Assembly (NCBI GenBank): GCA_963734525.1
Contig: CAVTHI010000006.1
Location: forward strand, 49,740-113,739
DNA from: an uncultured archaeon
GTDB lineage: Archaea; Micrarchaeota; Micrarchaeia; Anstonellales; Bilamarchaeaceae
DNA: 64,000 nucleotides
Direction: 5' to 3'
This document shows, piece after piece, positions 10,802 through 21,167 of this stretch (its first letter is position 1; each line of letters opens with the position of its first letter). The notes under the pieces were generated by a model. That model made no database searches. It was not told the DNA's origin and saw only the letters and a program-made list of their open reading frames with translations. A program made the translations under genes and the position numbers.

Positions 10802-11887
10802 TCAGAGGTATTCCAGGTCGCCGCCGCTTCCGCCGGATGTTTGCGATGCGGCGCTGTCCGTGCCGGCCTTCCCCAGGATGTACGGGGACTTGACGCCGGT
10901 GATTATCGCGGTTATCCTGATTCCGTCTTTCAGCTGGGGGTTGATGCGCGCGCCCATCTTGACGTTCGCGCTCTCGTCGAAGCTCTGCGTGAGGAGCTCG
11001 CCCGCCTTGATGGCGTCCCCGAGGGAGAGGTCCGGCCCGCCCTCCAGGTGGATGAGGCAGCCTTTCGCGCCCTCGTAGTTCACGTCCAGAAGCGGGTGCT
11101 CGAGGGTGTCTTTCACGACGTTTTCGACCTTGTCGTGGCCGTTTCCGGAGCCCAGCGAAATCATCGAGAGGCCCCCGCCCTGCATGACCGTCTTCACGTC
11201 CGCGTAATCGACGTTGATGAGGCTCGGGAACATGATGGTGTCCGATATGCCCGTGACCGCCCTCGTCGTGATGGAGTCCGCAAGCTCGAACGCCTTGTTG
11301 ACGGGGAGGTTCGGCACGTATGAAGCGAGGCGGTTGTTGTCGACGACCACGACCGTGTCGCAGACCTTCACCAGCTCCGAGAGCGCGGCCTGCGCCTTCT
11401 TGAGGCGCACGCGCTCGAGCGCGAATGGGTATGTGACCATCGCGACGACGATGGCGCCCTGCTCGCGCGCAATCTGCGCTATTGCCGGGGATGCGCCGCT
11501 TCCGGTCCCGCCGCCCATGCCCGCTACAAGGAACACCAGCTCGTTCTCGCCGATTTCCTTCCGCAGCGCGTCGCGGTCCACGTCGGCGCATTTCCTCGCG
11601 ACGTTCAAGTCGCCGCCTGCGCCGAGGCCGCGGGTGATTGTCTTGCCGAGCAGGAACTTCTTGTTCGCGCCTATCATGTTCAGGTGCTTGCCGTCGGTGT
11701 TGATTGCGAACGTATGCGCGCTTTTCAGGCCGCTCTGGTAGAGCCTGTTCACGCAGTTGCAGCCTGCGCCGCCGACGCCGATTACGGAAATGCGGATGGC
11801 TGAATTGTCCATCTCGCTCGCAGGAGCGGCTTGCTGTGCCGGCTGCGCACCACCCTCCTTTGCAGCCTTGATGATGTCATCGAACAT
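10802..11887 (-). CDS. ftsZ: cell division protein FtsZ
   Basis: GVGGAGCN, NTD, GLGAGG, AGMGGGTGSG, INVDYAD. Confidence 0.96.
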   Translation of the reverse strand: MFDDIIKAAKEGGAQPAQQAAPASEMDNSAIRISVIGVGGAGCNCVNRLYQSGLKSAHTFAINTDGKHLNMIGANKKFLLGKTITRGLGAGGDLNVARKCADVDRDALRKEIGENELVFLVAGMGGGTGSGASPAIAQIAREQGAIVVAMVTYPFALERVRLKKAQAALSELVKVCDTVVVVDNNRLASYVPNLPVNKAFELADSITTRAVTGISDTIMFPSLINVDYADVKTVMQGGGLSMISLGSGNGHDKVENVVKDTLEHPLLDVNYEGAKGCLIHLEGGPDLSLGDAIKAGELLTQSFDESANVKMGARINPQLKDGIRITAIITGVKSPYILGKAGTDSAASQTSGGSGGDLEYL

Positions 11888-12119
11888 CAGAACCACCTTC
11901 GATAATCATTCAATAATAAGTGAAATACAATTACCTAAGAAAAGAATATAAAAGAGCGTCTTGCGGGGGGGCGCCGATGGGCGGATTATAAGGCTTTGCG
12001 ATGCTTCGCGCCCGGGCGGGTGATAAAGAGGGGTAAATAATTCATGAAAAGTATGGGGGGATGGCCACCAACCAGAAGGAGGGATGGGTGGGTGGAATGG
12101 TGGTTCCCCGCCATAAGCG

Positions 12120-12839
12120 TTAGTTGTCCGGTGGCTGGTAGTCCCCGTAGCCCTTCATCAGGTCGTCGAGGTTGCATGCCTTCCCGGACACCACGAACTT
12201 CGAGGCGTCGTAGACCCATGGGGTGCAGCTGATGTCCGCCGGGGGCACGTCGGCATAATCCGGCGGGGACGCGGTCCCGGCCGTCGGCGACGCCTGCCCG
12301 GACGGCTCGACGCTCATCTGGAGCCATTTGCAGCCCTGCATGATGTCGCCTTCGACACAGCCTATGTAGACTGTCTTGCCCTTCATTATAGTGACCATCT
12401 GCGTGCACGTTTCAGTGCCTGCCAATGTCGTTTCGCTGCGGACCTCCTCGCTGCCTTTCATATAGACATGCATGTTCATGGTCGTGCCGTTCGAGGTCGT
12501 CGTGATGTCGCACTGGAGGGGGACGCCCATGGCGGCGAGCGCTTCATAGCCCTTCCCGGCCAAATCATCGCCGGATGTGCCCGTGCTTCCGGTCCCTGTT
12601 CCGGTGCCCGATGCGCCCGTGCCGCTCGAGCCGGTCCCGGATGTGCCGGTTCCGGTCGTTCCGGTGCCTCCGGATGCGCCCGAGGTCCCGCCGGTCTCGG
12701 TCGGGGGCGTTGTCTGCCCTCCGGTCGGCGCAGTCGCGTTCGCGCTCTGGTTCGGCTTCGCCGGCGGTGCCGGGCTTGTGCAGCCGAAGATGAGTATTCC
12801 CACTACGAGCAGTGCTACGAAAATGTTTGCGCCTCTCAT
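12120..12839 (-). CDS. putative lipoprotein with Gly/Thr/Ser-rich linker and Cys-containing C-domain
   Basis: Signal ending in LIFGC lipobox; GT/GS repeats. Confidence 0.75.
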   Translation of the reverse strand: MRGANIFVALLVVGILIFGCTSPAPPAKPNQSANATAPTGGQTTPPTETGGTSGASGGTGTTGTGTSGTGSSGTGASGTGTGTGSTGTSGDDLAGKGYEALAAMGVPLQCDITTTSNGTTMNMHVYMKGSEEVRSETTLAGTETCTQMVTIMKGKTVYIGCVEGDIMQGCKWLQMSVEPSGQASPTAGTASPPDYADVPPADISCTPWVYDASKFVVSGKACNLDDLMKGYGDYQPPDN

Positions 12840-12969
12840 GCGTTTCAATCTTGACTAATATTTATAAAGGTTCGAGTCGCTCCGTCGTGGGAAAACGCCA
12901 CGGAATACCGCCGCAGGCAATTTCGCAAGGGTTTTATTCCCTCTTCGCGAACGAAGGGGAGGTAAGAAC

Positions 12970-13910
12970 ATGGCCAGCCTGCAGAACCAATTTTTCAAGA
13001 AGAAGATAAAGAACCCCGTATTCCTCGCCTCCGGCGTGCTCGGCATGACGAAGGGCAGCCTCGAGGCGGCGTGCGACAATGGCTGCGGCGGCGTGATAGC
13101 GAAATCGCTGACACTGGAGCCGCGCAAGGGCCACGACGGCCCGAACATCGTCGAGACCGAATGCGGCATGCTGAACGCCATGGGATACCCGAACCCCGGG
13201 ATTGAATCCGGCCTCGCCGAATTCGGGGGCTGGTCACGGGAGGAGGCGCTAATCATCAGCATCGTCGGGAAGGATGCGTCCGAGTTCGGGCTTCTTGCGG
13301 AGAAGGTCGAAGCCGCAGGGAAAACGCTGGGGGCCAGCGCGGTCGAGGCCGCGATTTCATGCCCGCACACGCCCGGATACGGGACGATGGCCGGGCAGGG
13401 GACTCCGGAATCCATCATCGCGATTACGAAGGCGATAAAGGATGCGTGCTCGCTTCCGCTCATCATCAAGCTGTCGCCGTCGATTCCCGGCGAAGGAAAG
13501 GCGGCGAAAGCGGCGGAGGATGCCGGGGCCGATGCGATAAACATGGGGAACTCGCTCGGGCCAGGGATGAAAATCGACCTTGCGCGGCGCAAGCCGGTCC
13601 TGGGTTTCGGCGTCGGGGGCCTCACACGGCCCGGCAATCAAGCCGATAATCGTCCGCGCCGTGCACGACATCTACGGGAGCGTGAAGATACCGATTATCG
13701 GGACCGGCGGGATCAACAACGGGCGAGGACGCGATAGAGATGATGATGGCCGGCGCCACATGGGTCTCCGCCGGCTCGGCCGTATATTATAGGGGGCCGA
13801 AGGCCTTCGGGGAGATAGCGAAGGAGATGAAGGCGTGGATGGAAGGGAACGGCGTGAAAAGCCTGAAGGAAATCACAGGTGTTGTCCATGAGAAAACCAG
13901 GGGTTGCTAA
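12970..13910 (+). CDS. pyrD: dihydroorotate dehydrogenase family 1B catalytic subunit, two frameshifts (~13628, ~13722)
   Basis: KNPVFLASG, MLNAMGYPNPG, ISCPH, IIKLSP; then GPAIKP/IPIIGTGGI and AIEMMMAGA..SAGSA in shifted frames. Confidence 0.9.
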
Positions 13911-14686
13911 TCCGGTCCGGACCGCGAAGGTCAGGAAAATCATCGAAGAGAACTACCGCGTCAGGACGATAGAGGCCGACTGCGACATGCCGCAGGCGCT
14001 TCCGGGCCAGTTCCTGATGGTCTGGGTTCCAGGCTCCGGCGAGAAGCCGATGAGCATAGGGAACTCGAACCCGCTGACCATATCCGTGGCCAATGTCGGG
14101 AAGGTCTCCGGCGAGCTCCACAAGCTCAAGTCCGGCGACCTGCTCTCGTTCCGCGGGCCGCTCGGCAAGCCGTTCTCGATTCCGGAAAAGGCTGAAGCGC
14201 ATACTGGTGATAGGCGGGGGCTACGGGGTCGTCCCGATGTACTTCCTCGCGAAAGTCGCGCGCGAGAATAACATAGAAGCGCTCGCGGTCATCGGGGCGA
14301 GAACGGCCAGGGACATCGTCTGGGAGAAGCAGCTTTTCACGGTCTGCAGGGAGGTCTTCGTGACCACCGACGACGGGACGCGCGGCATGAAGGGGAATGT
14401 GATGATTGAGGCCGCGAGGCTGATAGAGGGGAAGAAAATCGACGCGGCGTACGCGTGCGGCCCGGAGAGGATGATGGAGGCCGTCGCGAAGCTCTGCAAG
14501 GAGCACAAGGTGCCCTGCGAAGTGAGCGTCGAGAGGTACATGAAATGCGGCGTGGGCGTGTGCGGCTCGTGCGCGATAGACGGCAGGCTCTGCTGCACCG
14601 ACGGGCCGGTGTTCAGCGCGGACGAGGCGCTCTCGTTTCCGGAATTCGGGAAGTCGCACCGGGACGCGAGCGGTCGGAAGGTTTAG
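13888..14686 (+). CDS. pyrK: dihydroorotate dehydrogenase electron-transfer subunit, frameshifted near 14190
   Basis: PGQFLMVW, RGPLG, GGGYG, ACGPE, MKCGVGVCGSC..CTDGPVF. Confidence 0.92.
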
Positions 14687-14696
14687 GGACGGCAGG

Positions 14697-15350
14697 TCAG
14701 CCTGGCTCGACTTTGGCGGTGAAGATGCTTCCGTCCCTGGTGTCCAGGACGAAATTATGCTCCTCCCGCTGCTCGAACCTCGACACTATGCCGGAGGATA
14801 TCAGCGCGCCGGCCTGGGCCTCGAGGAATCCTGCGAGCGCGTCGTTCCACTCGCGGGTGCCGTTGCGGCCGTTGAACGAATAGAGGATGAACTTTTTTCC
14901 GCCGATGATGCCCGCGACCTCGATGGCCTTGGATATCATCTTCGCGACGTGCGCGAAATCCCGCGTTTCCGAAGCGAGATTGACGTGCGCCACCGAGCCG
15001 ACGCAATTGCCGGGGTCGTAGGCAGCGATGCCGATGCAGGTGGTGAGCGTGGAGGTGCCGATGCAGGACAGCGGGCTGCTGGATTTGACGGCAGTTACTT
15101 CGTCCACTCCCACCATGTGCGTCTTGCCGGCGAACTCCTCGTCAAAGCGGTCGAAGAATATCGATTCTTCGAGGATGCTGCTCCATTTGGGGTCCTTGGC
15201 GAATGCCTCGGGAATCTTGTGGTGCGGGGATTCCGCTTCGCGCGATGCGGCGCCTTGCGGTAGGGCGGCCTTTTGCCCTTGCGGCGCTGCGGCGGCGGAT
15301 GCCACATCCCTCGACCTGAGGGTCTGCGGGGGCTTGGAGGAATGTGACAT
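14697..15350 (-). CDS. CheD/NTAN1-like (CNF1/YfiH fold) cysteine deamidase homologue
   Basis: IGTSTLTTCIGIAAYDPGNCVGSVAHV resembles the Cys...His motif of CheD and NTAN1. Confidence 0.5.
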   Translation of the reverse strand: MSHSSKPPQTLRSRDVASAAAAPQGQKAALPQGAASREAESPHHKIPEAFAKDPKWSSILEESIFFDRFDEEFAGKTHMVGVDEVTAVKSSSPLSCIGTSTLTTCIGIAAYDPGNCVGSVAHVNLASETRDFAHVAKMISKAIEVAGIIGGKKFILYSFNGRNGTREWNDALAGFLEAQAGALISSGIVSRFEQREEHNFVLDTRDGSIFTAKVEPG

Positions 15351-15422
15351 AATATTTATATTTTTGGGTAAAAGTGTTTAAAAATGTTGGCAGGAAGAGG
15401 ACAGGAGGCAGTTGGGGATTCT

Positions 15423-16343
15423 ATGGAGCTTGTCCACAAGGAAGGTTATCGGATGTATAAGGCCGGAAACAGCAATTTTCCGGACAGGACGTATATCATC
15501 TGCTCGGATGAAGGAAGCGGAATATTGCTCAGGCCGCACATCGCAGGGAAGGAACTGCAGGACAGGATGGAAAAAGTCGCGGAGATATTCATGGACGCGG
15601 CCGGCCGCCTCGCGCTTAAGGGAAAGAAGCAAGGCAACATAACCGAGCTGATTTTCCTTGCGGGGGGGCTTTACTACCAGCTGAACCACGGGTTCAAGAA
15701 GAACTTCGATGCGGCGATACCGCAGTGCTTCCTGGGTATAAAGCGGCAGAGGGTGGAGGGGAGCGAAGGCGCGTTCACCGCGGTGGCGACATATGAGAAC
15801 TTCGAATCCCTTCCCGACAACGCGACGGTCGTGATAGGCGACACGATAGCCACGGGGGCGACGCTCCAGCAGGGCATCTACCATCTCCTCGACGCGCTCG
15901 ATTCGAAAGGCTACAAACTGGACAATCTCGTCGTATGCTCGCTCGCGTGCTCGGTGAACGGAGCGCGGCTCATGAAGGACGTGGAGAAACGGGTCAAGCG
16001 GGATTTTCCGGACGCGAACGTCTACCTGATTGTGGCCGAGGGGCTCTTGCACCTGATGCCGGACGGGACGGACTTGAGGTTCCTTTACGACGACGCGGTG
16101 ATGCCGGACGAAGCGCGCGGGCGCGTGCTCACTGAATACGGCCCGCAGCTCGCTCGTGAGATGAAATGCGCGGTCTTCGACTGGGGGACGCGCTGCAAGA
16201 ACCCGCTCAAGCACTACCGCGAATTCCTGGAGTTCGTGGAGGACATGAAAAAGATTGGGGCGGATGAAAAGACGAAATCAGTGATGGAAAAGATGGAGAA
16301 GGAGACGAAGGCCGCGCTCGCGCAGTTCGAGAAGCCGCTCTAA
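15423..16343 (+). CDS. type I phosphoribosyltransferase (uracil PRTase-like)
   Basis: PRPP-binding loop VVIGDTIATGATL. Confidence 0.7.
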   Translation: MELVHKEGYRMYKAGNSNFPDRTYIICSDEGSGILLRPHIAGKELQDRMEKVAEIFMDAAGRLALKGKKQGNITELIFLAGGLYYQLNHGFKKNFDAAIPQCFLGIKRQRVEGSEGAFTAVATYENFESLPDNATVVIGDTIATGATLQQGIYHLLDALDSKGYKLDNLVVCSLACSVNGARLMKDVEKRVKRDFPDANVYLIVAEGLLHLMPDGTDLRFLYDDAVMPDEARGRVLTEYGPQLAREMKCAVFDWGTRCKNPLKHYREFLEFVEDMKKIGADEKTKSVMEKMEKETKAALAQFEKPL

Positions 16344-16363
16344 TGCGCGGCAAGCACGCGCCG

Positions 16364-17759
16364 TCATTGGCCGTAGGCGAGCTTCCAGAGCGCGCGCATC
16401 GCGGACTCGAGCATGCGCCCCTGGCTCTCGTTGGCTTTCTCTTCCTCTTTGCTGCCAGGTTCGGCAAACGAGCCCCCGGGAACCGTCCCGACCACGGTGG
16501 ATATCAGGCCGTTGGACGCCTGGATGCCCGCGCGCGTGAGCACGTCCGTGAGGTGCGCGAGTCCGAAATGCTCCATCTCGGTCGAAAGCGCGCCGTATCT
16601 CCTCCTTAGGTCCTTGACGCGCTCCTCGTCGCTTTCAAGGTATAGCGATTCCTTGGTGAAGTTGCCGCCCTCGTGGCATGTCAGGCCGAGGCCGGTGCTC
16701 GATGAGAACAGGGCATCGACGACTTCAGGAGAGGAACGAACCACGGGCCAGGTGCCGTCGGTGGTCATGCGCCCGCCGATTGCCGCCCGGTAGCTGGAAA
16801 TGTCCTCCGGGTTCAGGCTGCTCCATGCGCCCATCCTCTGGCGCACCGTCGCCCCGTCCGCGAAGCTGTAGGTCGCGTTCACGACATCGCCGATTTCTAT
16901 GATGGGCTCCTCGAGCTGCCCGCCTTTCCCGTCCGGGATGATAATGCCGCCGCATGTGCCTGCGCGTATAGCGGCCAGCCCGCGCCCCGGGACTTCCGTG
17001 CTTCCGAGCATGTAGCCGTCCTCGCGCGAATTCACGAGCGCCTCCCAGGCATTTATGTCCTGGGCGGAACAGCCCATCTGCGTTTCAAGTATGGTGAGGG
17101 GAAGCGGCTTGCCGTTGTATTCGAAGACGCCGATTGCCAGGTTCACGCGGCCGGCATCCGCCGTCACATAATCGGACAGGTACTGCAGCCGCCTGGCAAT
17201 CCGCTCATGCATATCAAGGTCCGCGCCGACTGCCCAGGTCGCGTCCATGATGAGCGATGTCAATGCGCCCTCGAGGCGGCCAGGTGAAAAGAATTCCCGC
17301 GTGGGGCTGTGGCCCAGCCAGCCACTCAAGTTCTGAGGTGAGCTGCTCCATCACCTCGTACCACCTGCGCACTAACGGTTCGGTCTGGCTAAGGAGGATG
17401 GCTGAGGCAGGAAACGCGTCGAAAGGCTTCTGGAAGCGAAGGCAGAGATGGCCGGACTGCATTGGTTCGACGAACAGCCCCGCTCCCTGCGCCATCAGCC
17501 TGATTTCCTTAAGTCGCGAAAGCACATGTTTAATTCGGCTCTTGAACACCGCTTCTTCGTCCCAGCCCGCCCGCGTGACCTCCTTATGAAGCAGGATATG
17601 GTCGGCAAGAGGCATCACCCCGGCAAGGACGCGCCTGCGGTCCCCCACCACAATCATATACGGGGGGAGCATGCCGTCGTTGTCTTTCAGGAATGGTATC
17701 CTCTTCCAAAGGCCGCCTTCGCGGGCGAGTGAAATAGGGGTGTGCTGTCCCAGCACCAT
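16364..17759 (-). CDS. NP-I family nucleoside phosphorylase (uridine/purine), frameshifted near 17330, with large insertion
   Basis: IVVGDRRRV, ETQMGC, IRAGTCGG, STEME motifs. Confidence 0.7.
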
Positions 17760-17848
17760 CGGTCGGTCCTTGCGGTAGCCTGCGAGCGTCATATGTCCAG
17801 CCTCTACCATGATTCTGTGTTTAAATTTAAAATGTTATGTGTAATGGT

Positions 17849-17864
17849 TACCAAAAAACGGGTA
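17849..17864. promoter_or_regulatory. palindrome TACC-N8-GGTA downstream of a TATA-like element, upstream of the rib operon (candidate RbkR operator)
   Basis: TACCaaaaaacgGGTA; TTTAAATTTAAA at ~17820-17831. Confidence 0.4.
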
Positions 17865-17906
17865 GTTACCAATAAATAGGTGAAGACGGAAAGCAGGAAT
17901 GGTTCT

Positions 17907-18587
17907 ATGACTTCAATGGACAAGGCCGTAGCCGCGCTCAAGGCCGGGGGAATGGCGATAATTTACGACGGCGACGAACGCGAAGGCGAGGCGGACTTGG
18001 TAATCCATGCCCGGAACGCGAAACCGGAAAACGTCGAAACCCTGCGCAGGGACGCCGGCGGGCTCATCTGCCTGGCGCTGGATGGCGCAATCGCGGAACG
18101 GCTCGGGCTCCCGTTCTACGCGGACATGCTCGCGGCCTCGAAGCTCCCGGTGTCCTCGATGGAATGCAAGAAGACGGCATACGGCGACAAGCCCGCGTTC
18201 TCAATCCAGGTAAACCACAAGGACGTCTTCACGGGCATCACCGACAACGACCGCTCGCTCACAATCAGGAGCATGGAAAAGCTGGCCGCGATGGGCAACA
18301 TGACGATGGAAGATGCCAGGGCGGCGTTCCACTCCGAATTCTATGCACCTGGCCATGTGTTCCTGCTGATAGGGCGCGGCATCGGAAACCGGCGCGGCCA
18401 CACCGAGCTTTCGCTGGAGCTTGCGAGAATGGCCGGGATTAGCGGCATGATGGTCCTTTGCGAGATGCTCGGGAAAGGGAAGGCGCTGCCGAAATCCGAG
18501 GCGAAGGGGTATGCGGATGCGCACGGGCTCGCGTTCATCGAAGGCAAGGAGATAATCGAGGCGGCGAACCGCAAGCGGACGGTATGA
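17907..18587 (+). CDS. ribB: 3,4-dihydroxy-2-butanone-4-phosphate synthase (archaeal type)
   Basis: YDGDEREGEADL, DAGGLIC, FTGITDNDR, PGHV, RRGHTE. Confidence 0.95.
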   Translation: MTSMDKAVAALKAGGMAIIYDGDEREGEADLVIHARNAKPENVETLRRDAGGLICLALDGAIAERLGLPFYADMLAASKLPVSSMECKKTAYGDKPAFSIQVNHKDVFTGITDNDRSLTIRSMEKLAAMGNMTMEDARAAFHSEFYAPGHVFLLIGRGIGNRRGHTELSLELARMAGISGMMVLCEMLGKGKALPKSEAKGYADAHGLAFIEGKEIIEAANRKRTV

Positions 18588-18611
18588 TTGCCGGCCGGGG
18601 AGTTGGGATTC

Positions 18612-19535
18612 ATGAGAATCGGGATTGTTGACACGACATTTTCACGGGTGGACATGGGCGCAATCGCTATCGACGAGATAAGGAAGCACCTGCCGAATAT
18701 GGAAATTGAACGAAGGACGGTTCCGGGCATCAAGGACCTGCCCGTCGAGTGCAAACGGATGCTCGAACGCGGCACTCAAATGCAGGGCGCGGCGGGCGTT
18801 GTGCCGGGGCCCGGATGCGACATAGCACTTGCGCTCGGCATGGTCGGCGGCGCGCCGATAGACACGCAATGCGGCCACGAGGCATCGCTGGGAATCCAGC
18901 AGGCGATGCTGCTCACGAACAAGCATATAATCGAGGTCTTCGTGCACGAGAACGAGGCATGGAGCGAAGAGGAGTTCAAATCCATATGCGAGAACCGCAT
19001 CCGCAAGCACGCGCAGAACGCGATTGCGCTGGTGCTGAAGCCCGAGGCGCTCGTGAAATTCGCGGGGCAGGGCCTGCGGCAGGGCAAGGAGAGCGAAGGC
19101 CCGATAATTGGGGACAGGAAGCTCAAGCTCGGCATCGTGATCGGCAATTTCAACGGCGAGATAACATCGAAAATGAAGGCGAAGGCCGAGGCTGCCGCGG
19201 CGGGCGACGGCGCGGAAACGGTCGTGATGGAAGTACCCGGAGTCTACGACATGCCGCTTGCCGTCAAGAAACTGCTCATGGATAAAAGCGTCGATGCGGT
19301 CGTGACGCTCGGCGCGGTCGTGAAAGGCGATACGGCGCACGACGAGGTAATCACCAAGGACACGGCGCGGAGGCTCGGGGACCTGTCGCTCGAGTTCAGG
19401 AAGCCCGTGACGCTCGGCATAATAGGCCATGAGGTGACATGGGAAAAGGCGCAGGAGCGGGCGGACGGTTATGCCGAGCGCGCGACTAAGGCGGCAATGC
19501 ACCTCGTGAAGACGCTTAGGCAAGGGAGCGGGTGA
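18612..19535 (+). CDS. ribC-ribH: archaeal riboflavin synthase RibC fused in frame to lumazine synthase RibH
   Basis: N-half MRIGIVDTTFSRVDMG..VPGIKDLPV..IIEVFVHE..AGQGLRQG; C-half LGIVIGNFN..VPGVYDMP..LGAVVKGDTAHD..KPVTLGIIG. Confidence 0.9.
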   Translation: MRIGIVDTTFSRVDMGAIAIDEIRKHLPNMEIERRTVPGIKDLPVECKRMLERGTQMQGAAGVVPGPGCDIALALGMVGGAPIDTQCGHEASLGIQQAMLLTNKHIIEVFVHENEAWSEEEFKSICENRIRKHAQNAIALVLKPEALVKFAGQGLRQGKESEGPIIGDRKLKLGIVIGNFNGEITSKMKAKAEAAAAGDGAETVVMEVPGVYDMPLAVKKLLMDKSVDAVVTLGAVVKGDTAHDEVITKDTARRLGDLSLEFRKPVTLGIIGHEVTWEKAQERADGYAERATKAAMHLVKTLRQGSG

Positions 19536-19539
19536 AGGA

Positions 19540-20121
19540 ATGGCTGTGGAACATGTCGGGGAGGCGTTCTTCCCGAGCAGGTATGGAAAATTCAGGATTC
19601 ATGCGTTCAGGGGCGGCGACGGGGGGGAGCACCTCGCCCTGGTCCGCTGCGAGCATGTGCCGCACGGGGCGCTGCCGGCCCGCATCCATTCGCGGTGCCT
19701 GACGGGCGACGCGCTTTCATCTGAAAGGTGCGACTGCAGGGAACAGCTGGAAGCGTCCATGAAATACCTGGAGAAAAAGAAATGCGGCATACTGATTTAC
19801 CTGGACCAGGAGGGGCGGGGAATCGGCCTCGCGAACAAAATCAAGGCGTACGCGCTCCAGGACCAGGGGATGGACACCATAGAGGCGAACATCAGCCTGG
19901 GGTTCGGCGAGGACATGCGCGATTTCACGCTGGCCGCGGACATACTGAAATACTTCGGAATCAAGGAGGTCGCCCTGCTCACCAACAATCCGAACAAGAT
20001 TGCGGTGTTGAAGAGGGAGGGGATACGCGTCGTAAAGCGCATCCCGCTAATCATCAAGCCGAACAGGTACAGCAGGAAATACCTGGAAACGAAAAAGAAG
20101 AGGATGAACCACCTGCTCTGA
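19540..20121 (+). CDS. ribA: GTP cyclohydrolase II (bacterial type)
   Basis: RIHSRCLTGD..RCDC, QEGRGIGL.NKIKAY.LQD.G.DT.EAN, LLTNNP.K. Confidence 0.95.
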   Translation: MAVEHVGEAFFPSRYGKFRIHAFRGGDGGEHLALVRCEHVPHGALPARIHSRCLTGDALSSERCDCREQLEASMKYLEKKKCGILIYLDQEGRGIGLANKIKAYALQDQGMDTIEANISLGFGEDMRDFTLAADILKYFGIKEVALLTNNPNKIAVLKREGIRVVKRIPLIIKPNRYSRKYLETKKKRMNHLL

Positions 20122-20148
20122 ATCCCTAGGCCGGCTGGATGATTCCGG

Positions 20149-21114
20149 TCATTTCGGGAGCGCGAGGAAGGATTCGGGCACGTCGTCCGTGAAATACGTG
20201 AGCGTGGTCCGCTGGTCGACGCGCATGAATCCGCCGGCCGCGAAATCGAACCGGTATACGCCCGCGAGGTCCAGGGCGATGCTCCTGGATACGATGATGC
20301 CGCTCCCGTCGTCCAGGCATTCCTCGAAGGGCCCGGCCTGGTGGGCAAGCGACCAGAGGAGCGCGCGCTGGTCGTCATCCATGAACATGCTGGAGTTGAG
20401 GAGCGACTGCGCGTAGGCCTTGTTGCCGAATATCAGGAAATTCTCGCAGCGGGAATCGTTCTTTTCAACGCGCCCGGTATTCTGGATGGAGAGCAGGCGC
20501 GTGAGGTTGACCGAAGCGGGCAGCGCCGTCCGCCCGAAATACGCGCACCCAGAGCGCATCTTCGCAAGGCCGTCGAGGTACGCCTGCCACCCGGCGTCGC
20601 CGAGCAGGCGCATCGTGCAGTTGGGATTGCACTGGTATAGGCGCCCATCTTTCCAGATGGACGTGTGGTTGCCTTCGGGAGTGACGAGCACCTTCTTCAT
20701 CGCATCGCCCCGGACGTAGGTGCGGGTGTCCTGGGTGAACGCGAAACCTTCCATTATGAGCGCGGCCGCGGACGCCTCGTCAGCGGAGAGCCCGCTGGCA
20801 CTCCAGGCGGATTCGTCGTGCGTCGATATCAGGAAATTCTTTGACAGCGTCTGGCAGGATTTGTTTTTCAGGCTGTAATAGAACTGCATGTCCTTGGGAA
20901 TGGCCGGTTCGCCCGTCTGGTTCTGCGTGATTGGGGGCTCGGGAAGGTTCGGGATAACGGGGGGCCAGCCGAATGATGGCAGGCTTAGCGTTTTCGCATA
21001 GCCGATTATCTGCGGCATGAAGAGCAGGGCGAGCAGCCCGAAGACGGAGAGGAAGATGATGACGAGGATTGGGATGACGTCGAAGACCGATGTCCCGTCC
21101 TTGTAGCGGCGCAT
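20149..21114 (-). CDS. membrane-anchored extracellular hypothetical protein
   Basis: N-terminal TM helix, Pro-rich linker, several Cys and N-x-S/T sequons. Confidence 0.7.
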   Translation of the reverse strand: MRRYKDGTSVFDVIPILVIIFLSVFGLLALLFMPQIIGYAKTLSLPSFGWPPVIPNLPEPPITQNQTGEPAIPKDMQFYYSLKNKSCQTLSKNFLISTHDESAWSASGLSADEASAAALIMEGFAFTQDTRTYVRGDAMKKVLVTPEGNHTSIWKDGRLYQCNPNCTMRLLGDAGWQAYLDGLAKMRSGCAYFGRTALPASVNLTRLLSIQNTGRVEKNDSRCENFLIFGNKAYAQSLLNSSMFMDDDQRALLWSLAHQAGPFEECLDDGSGIIVSRSIALDLAGVYRFDFAAGGFMRVDQRTTLTYFTDDVPESFLALPK

Positions 21115-21167
21115 GGATGGATTGGGAAAGGGAAAGTTTAGAATAGTTGGTTTCGGAGAATGGACTG

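Noticed and set aside
12570-12680. Tandem-like CCGGT repeats
   Set aside because: Explained by the Gly-Thr linker codons of the lipoprotein.
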